Source: Octopus sinensis (Eukaryota). Taken from it: 10,515 nt of DNA. The position numbers were made by a program, and so were the translations under genes. Location of the stretch: positions 1 through 10,515 of the forward strand of contig NW_021827408.1 of assembly GCF_006345805.1 (NCBI RefSeq). Reading direction: 5' to 3'. Below are positions 7,775-10,515 of the stretch, in pieces. Within the stretch, counting starts at the first letter, position 1. Every line of letters starts with the position of its first letter. A model generated the notes under the pieces. That model did not search any database. It saw only the letters and a list, made by a program, of their open reading frames with translations, and was not told the origin of the DNA.

Positions 7775-7775
<1 letters not shown>

Positions 7776-7858
<83 letters not shown>

Positions 7859-7884
7859 TTAGATAGATAGGTAGACAGACAGAC

Positions 7885-7968
<84 letters not shown>

Positions 7969-7977
7969 TGATAGATA
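7776..7977. repeat. About 200-bp (GATA)n array with GTTA/GGTA/GACA/GATT variant units
   Basis: Read directly. It abuts the 3' end of the Tx1-like element. Confidence 0.97.
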
Positions 7978-8596
7978 ACTTTCTTTATTGGCCACACTGG
8001 GCTGAACACAGCCGGGACAAATACAAATGTAGAGCTTTTCTTTTCGAAAATGAAAGAAAGGGGGAAAATAAGAAGAAAAGTAAAATTCCGATCAAAAGGG
8101 ATCGATGGGGTTGAAGGGAAACGATCAAAAGGGATCGTGTATCACAGAAGAGTTTTAAAAATGTAAAAAATAAGATTAGGTTTATCCGTGGAAAGAAAAG
8201 CCTACAGAAAAGACCACGTTAACCTCAGGCAGGGAGGGAATAAACACATGAGAGCAAAGTGCTCTCTTTTTTCGATTTACAGGATCATGCTCAAAGTGGT
8301 TTCGTCACTCGCACACACCATCTAAATTCACCCATCTTTTTTTGAAACTTTCGCGAAACAAAACCTCCCTTTCCATTCTCACCTTTTTCAAGTGGTACTT
8401 GAAAAAGTTGACGAGCGATTGGCCAGTGAGGTAAGTGTCTGTCTCTAATCCTTTCACTCGCGTCCTCCACACACATTCTTTCACTATGGCCACCAGTACG
8501 ATGAAGACTGCCTTGCCTTCCCGGTTGAGGGAAGGCGACGGAGCAATTGTCACAATAGACTCGGCCGACAGACGGACTCGACCCACACGTGACAGC
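7978..8596 (-). mobile_element. 5'-truncated L1/Tx1-clade LINE: ORF2 C-terminus plus ~300-nt 3' UTR
   Basis: The minus frame is open from the 8596 junction: LSRVGRVRLSAESIVTIAPSPSLNREGKAVFIVLVAIVKECVWRTRVKGLETDTYLTGQSLVNFFKYHLKKVRMEREVLFRESFKKRW. It shows the AK..(I/V)W..R...F...W pattern of L1/Tx1 ORF2 C-termini. After a frameshift it ends SDETTLSMIL* (stop 8277-8279). The pyrimidine-rich UTR ends AATAAAGAAAG-TTATCTATC. The clade call is by motif recall only. Confidence 0.75.

Positions 8597-8660
<64 letters not shown>
8597..8660. repeat. Perfect (AGAT)16 microsatellite
   Basis: 64 bp read directly, lying between the Tx1-like 5' junction and the CR1/L2-like tail. Confidence 0.97.
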
Positions 8661-8880
8661 CTTATACTGGTTTCAGCCAAAGGCCGAGGCCATGCTGGTG
8701 CACTGCCTTTCAGTATGTTTGGGTTTCTATTCTGTGCTGTTTCGAGTGAATTAACGAGCTGGACGAAACTGCTCTTCTCTGATGTGAATTCAAAATTTGT
8801 CACGACGCTCATTGATGACCTCTTCATCTACACCTCGCAAATCTCTGAGGTTGTTAGACAGACTGTTGAACATTCTGCTG
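8661..8880 (-). mobile_element. Degenerate 3' end of a CR1/L2-group LINE
   Basis: Minus frames give SRMFNSLSNNLRDLRGVDEEVI (cf. RxFNxLPxxLR at the end of CR1/L2-type ORF2) and QRRAVSSSSLIH. These are followed by the tail GGCAGTGCACCAGCATGGCCTCGGCCTTTGGCTGAAACCAGTATAAG and then (ATCT)n. Confidence 0.6.
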
Positions 8881-9360
8881 CAAAAGAAATAAGCTTTAAT
8901 TATAATTAGAATCGTGGTTTTCGTATCAGTCTTGTTTCATATTAATTAGACTTATTTTGATTAAGGATTAAAAAAAAGTAAATTTTTACAGATTTTTCAG
9001 AAGTATAATGGGATCTCTTAGTTTAGTCTTGTTTTTAGCTTAGTTCCTCTCAATTATATTTGTTTTCAAACAGGTAATGACTCTGTCACGTGATAACAGA
9101 AATAATCGATTTGGTTTTTCAATGCAGCTTTTGTTTACGTTCAAGGGTATTAATTTTTTATTTAATTTATTTATGTACTTTTTGACAAGTGCCAGCGAAC
9201 CTGTTGAATGATATTTAACACAAAAAATTACTTGTATGAACTTGCCACCGTTCTTTAAACAGTTTTTTTCTGTTTTTGTTAAAATTCATTTTTGTGTTTT
9301 ATCTATTTGTTTATTTCGTCATTTTATCTATTTATTTTATCTATTATCTGTTTATTTAAT

Positions 9361-9367
9361 TATTCAT

Positions 9368-9402
<35 letters not shown>

Positions 9403-9421
9403 TTATTATTTATTTATTTAT
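9361..9421. repeat. (ATTT)n microsatellite
   Basis: Read directly. Confidence 0.93.
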
Positions 9422-9632
9422 AGAAGCTCGTGAACTGTTGCAACAGTTTTCAAACCCTTCTTGTGCGCATAATTTACCAGAATGATAGTTTCCAGCAACC
9501 CAGATAACTTTGCCCTTAGAAATACTTTCGGAAGGTGAAACCTTCTTTAAGTGGTACTACACAGTTTAACTGATACGTGGTACGATCATACGAATAAGTT
9601 TTAACATATCTAAATGTAATATTTTATCAGGG

Positions 9633-10515
9633 GGAGGCATGTCTGTGTGGTAAGATGCATCCTTCCCAACCACATAATCCACTGTGTGACACCTTGGACA
9701 AGTGTCTTCTACTATAGCCTCGGGCTGACCAAGCCTTGTGAGTGGATCTGGTACACGTAAACGAAAAGAAGCCCGTCATATCTATATATATATATAAATA
9801 TACTATATATATATTATAATATATATATATATAATATATATGTAATAATATATCTATATATGTTGTATTAGATATAATATTATATATATAATTATATGTA
9901 TATATGTAAAATATATATGTATATATGTATATATATATATATGTATATTTCTTTACTACCCACAAGGGGCCAAACACAGAGAGAACAAACAAGGACAGAC
10001 AAACGGATTAAGTCGATTATATCGACCCCAGTGCGTAACTGGTACTTATTTAATCGACCTCGAAAGGAAGAAAGGCAAAGTCGACCACGGCGGAATTTGA
10101 ACTCAGAACGTAGCGGCAGACGAATTACCTGATTCTTTACTACCCACAAGGGGCTAAACGCAGAGGGGCTAAGCAGAGAGGACAAACGGATTAAGTCGAT
10201 TATATCGACCCAAGTGCGTAACTGGTACTTATTTAATTGACCCCGGAAGGATGAAAGGCACAGTCGACCTCGGCGGAATTTGAACTCAGAACGTAACGGC
10301 AGACGAAATATGGCTAAGCATTTCGCCCGGTGTGCTAACGTTTCGACCAGCTCGCCGCCTTCTGCGTGTATATCTATGTCTGTCTCCCCATCATCGCTTA
10401 ACAACCGATGTTGTGATGTTGTTGTTGTGTATATATCCCTGTAAGTATCTCAGAGATAGAATAAGTACTAGGCTGACAAAAAATAAGTCCTGGGGTCGAT
10501 TTGTTCGACAAAAGG
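9633..10515 (+). mobile_element. Composite SINE family B, copy 2, interrupted within its internal microsatellite; runs off the right edge
   Basis: 9633-9777 aligns with 2358-2483 (CTGTGTGGTAA...CAACCAC...CAAGTGTCTTC...AAGCCTTGTGAGTGGAT...AAGAAGCCCGTC). A TA-rich tract follows at 9778-9945. The region 10378-10515 aligns with 2603-2747 (GTCTCCCC...ACAACCGATG...GATAGAATAAGTA.TAGGCT.ACAAAAAATAAGT.CTGGGGTCGATTTG.TCGAC). Confidence 0.85.
9946..10359 (-). mobile_element. Second dimeric family A SINE, nested in family B copy 2
   Basis: Minus strand starts GGCGGCGAGCTGGTCGAAACGTTAGCACACCGGGCG and has two ~183-bp units (10311-10129 and 10128-9946), with junction GTAAAGAATCAG|GTAATTCG. No target-site duplication is resolvable in the low-complexity flanks. 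Confidence 0.92.

Noticed and set aside
8384-8406. Perfect 10-bp inverted repeat TTTTTCAAGT/ACTTGAAAAA
   Set aside because: It lies within the FFKYHLKK codons of the LINE, has low-complexity arms and shows no sign of independent function.
8291-8827. Longest ORF (178 aa, minus strand)
   Set aside because: It is a chimera running across the CR1/L2-like remnant, (ATCT)16 and an off-frame part of the Tx1-like element.
9084-9093. GTCACGTGAT (CLEAR/E-box-like) and other CACGTG sites
   Set aside because: Only a few 6-mers in 10 kb, two of them inside retroposons, with no clustering.
9892-10404. 170-aa ORF with an internal repeat
   Set aside because: It is simply the dimeric SINE read in an open frame.

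Overview
AT-rich, microsatellite-dense animal genomic DNA. It is most likely an octopus or other coleoid cephalopod, inferred from my recall of the SINE families rather than from a search. I find no intact protein-coding gene, true RNA gene or CRISPR array, and almost all listed ORFs are microsatellite or repeat artefacts. The window is a layered retroposon landscape. (1) Two R4/Dong-clade (RLE-type) LINE 3' ends are stacked head-to-tail in (AAT)n, with a SINE inserted in the same tract. (2) A 5'-truncated Tx1/L1-clade LINE sits between two co-oriented (GATA)n arrays. (3) CR1/L2-group and RTE-clade LINE 3' fragments are present. (4) Several tRNA-derived SINE families occur, two with clean target-site duplications and two nested inside other SINEs. 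The best signals are the apparent microsatellite-targeted LINE insertions and two SINE-LINE partnerships visible within the window: a 34/42-nt tail shared with the Tx1 element, and a covarying stem-loop tail shared with the CR1/L2-like element. Also notable are a dimeric SINE with a 184-bp duplicated unit and recurrent loss of Pol III B-boxes. Family and clade names rest on motif recognition by eye.
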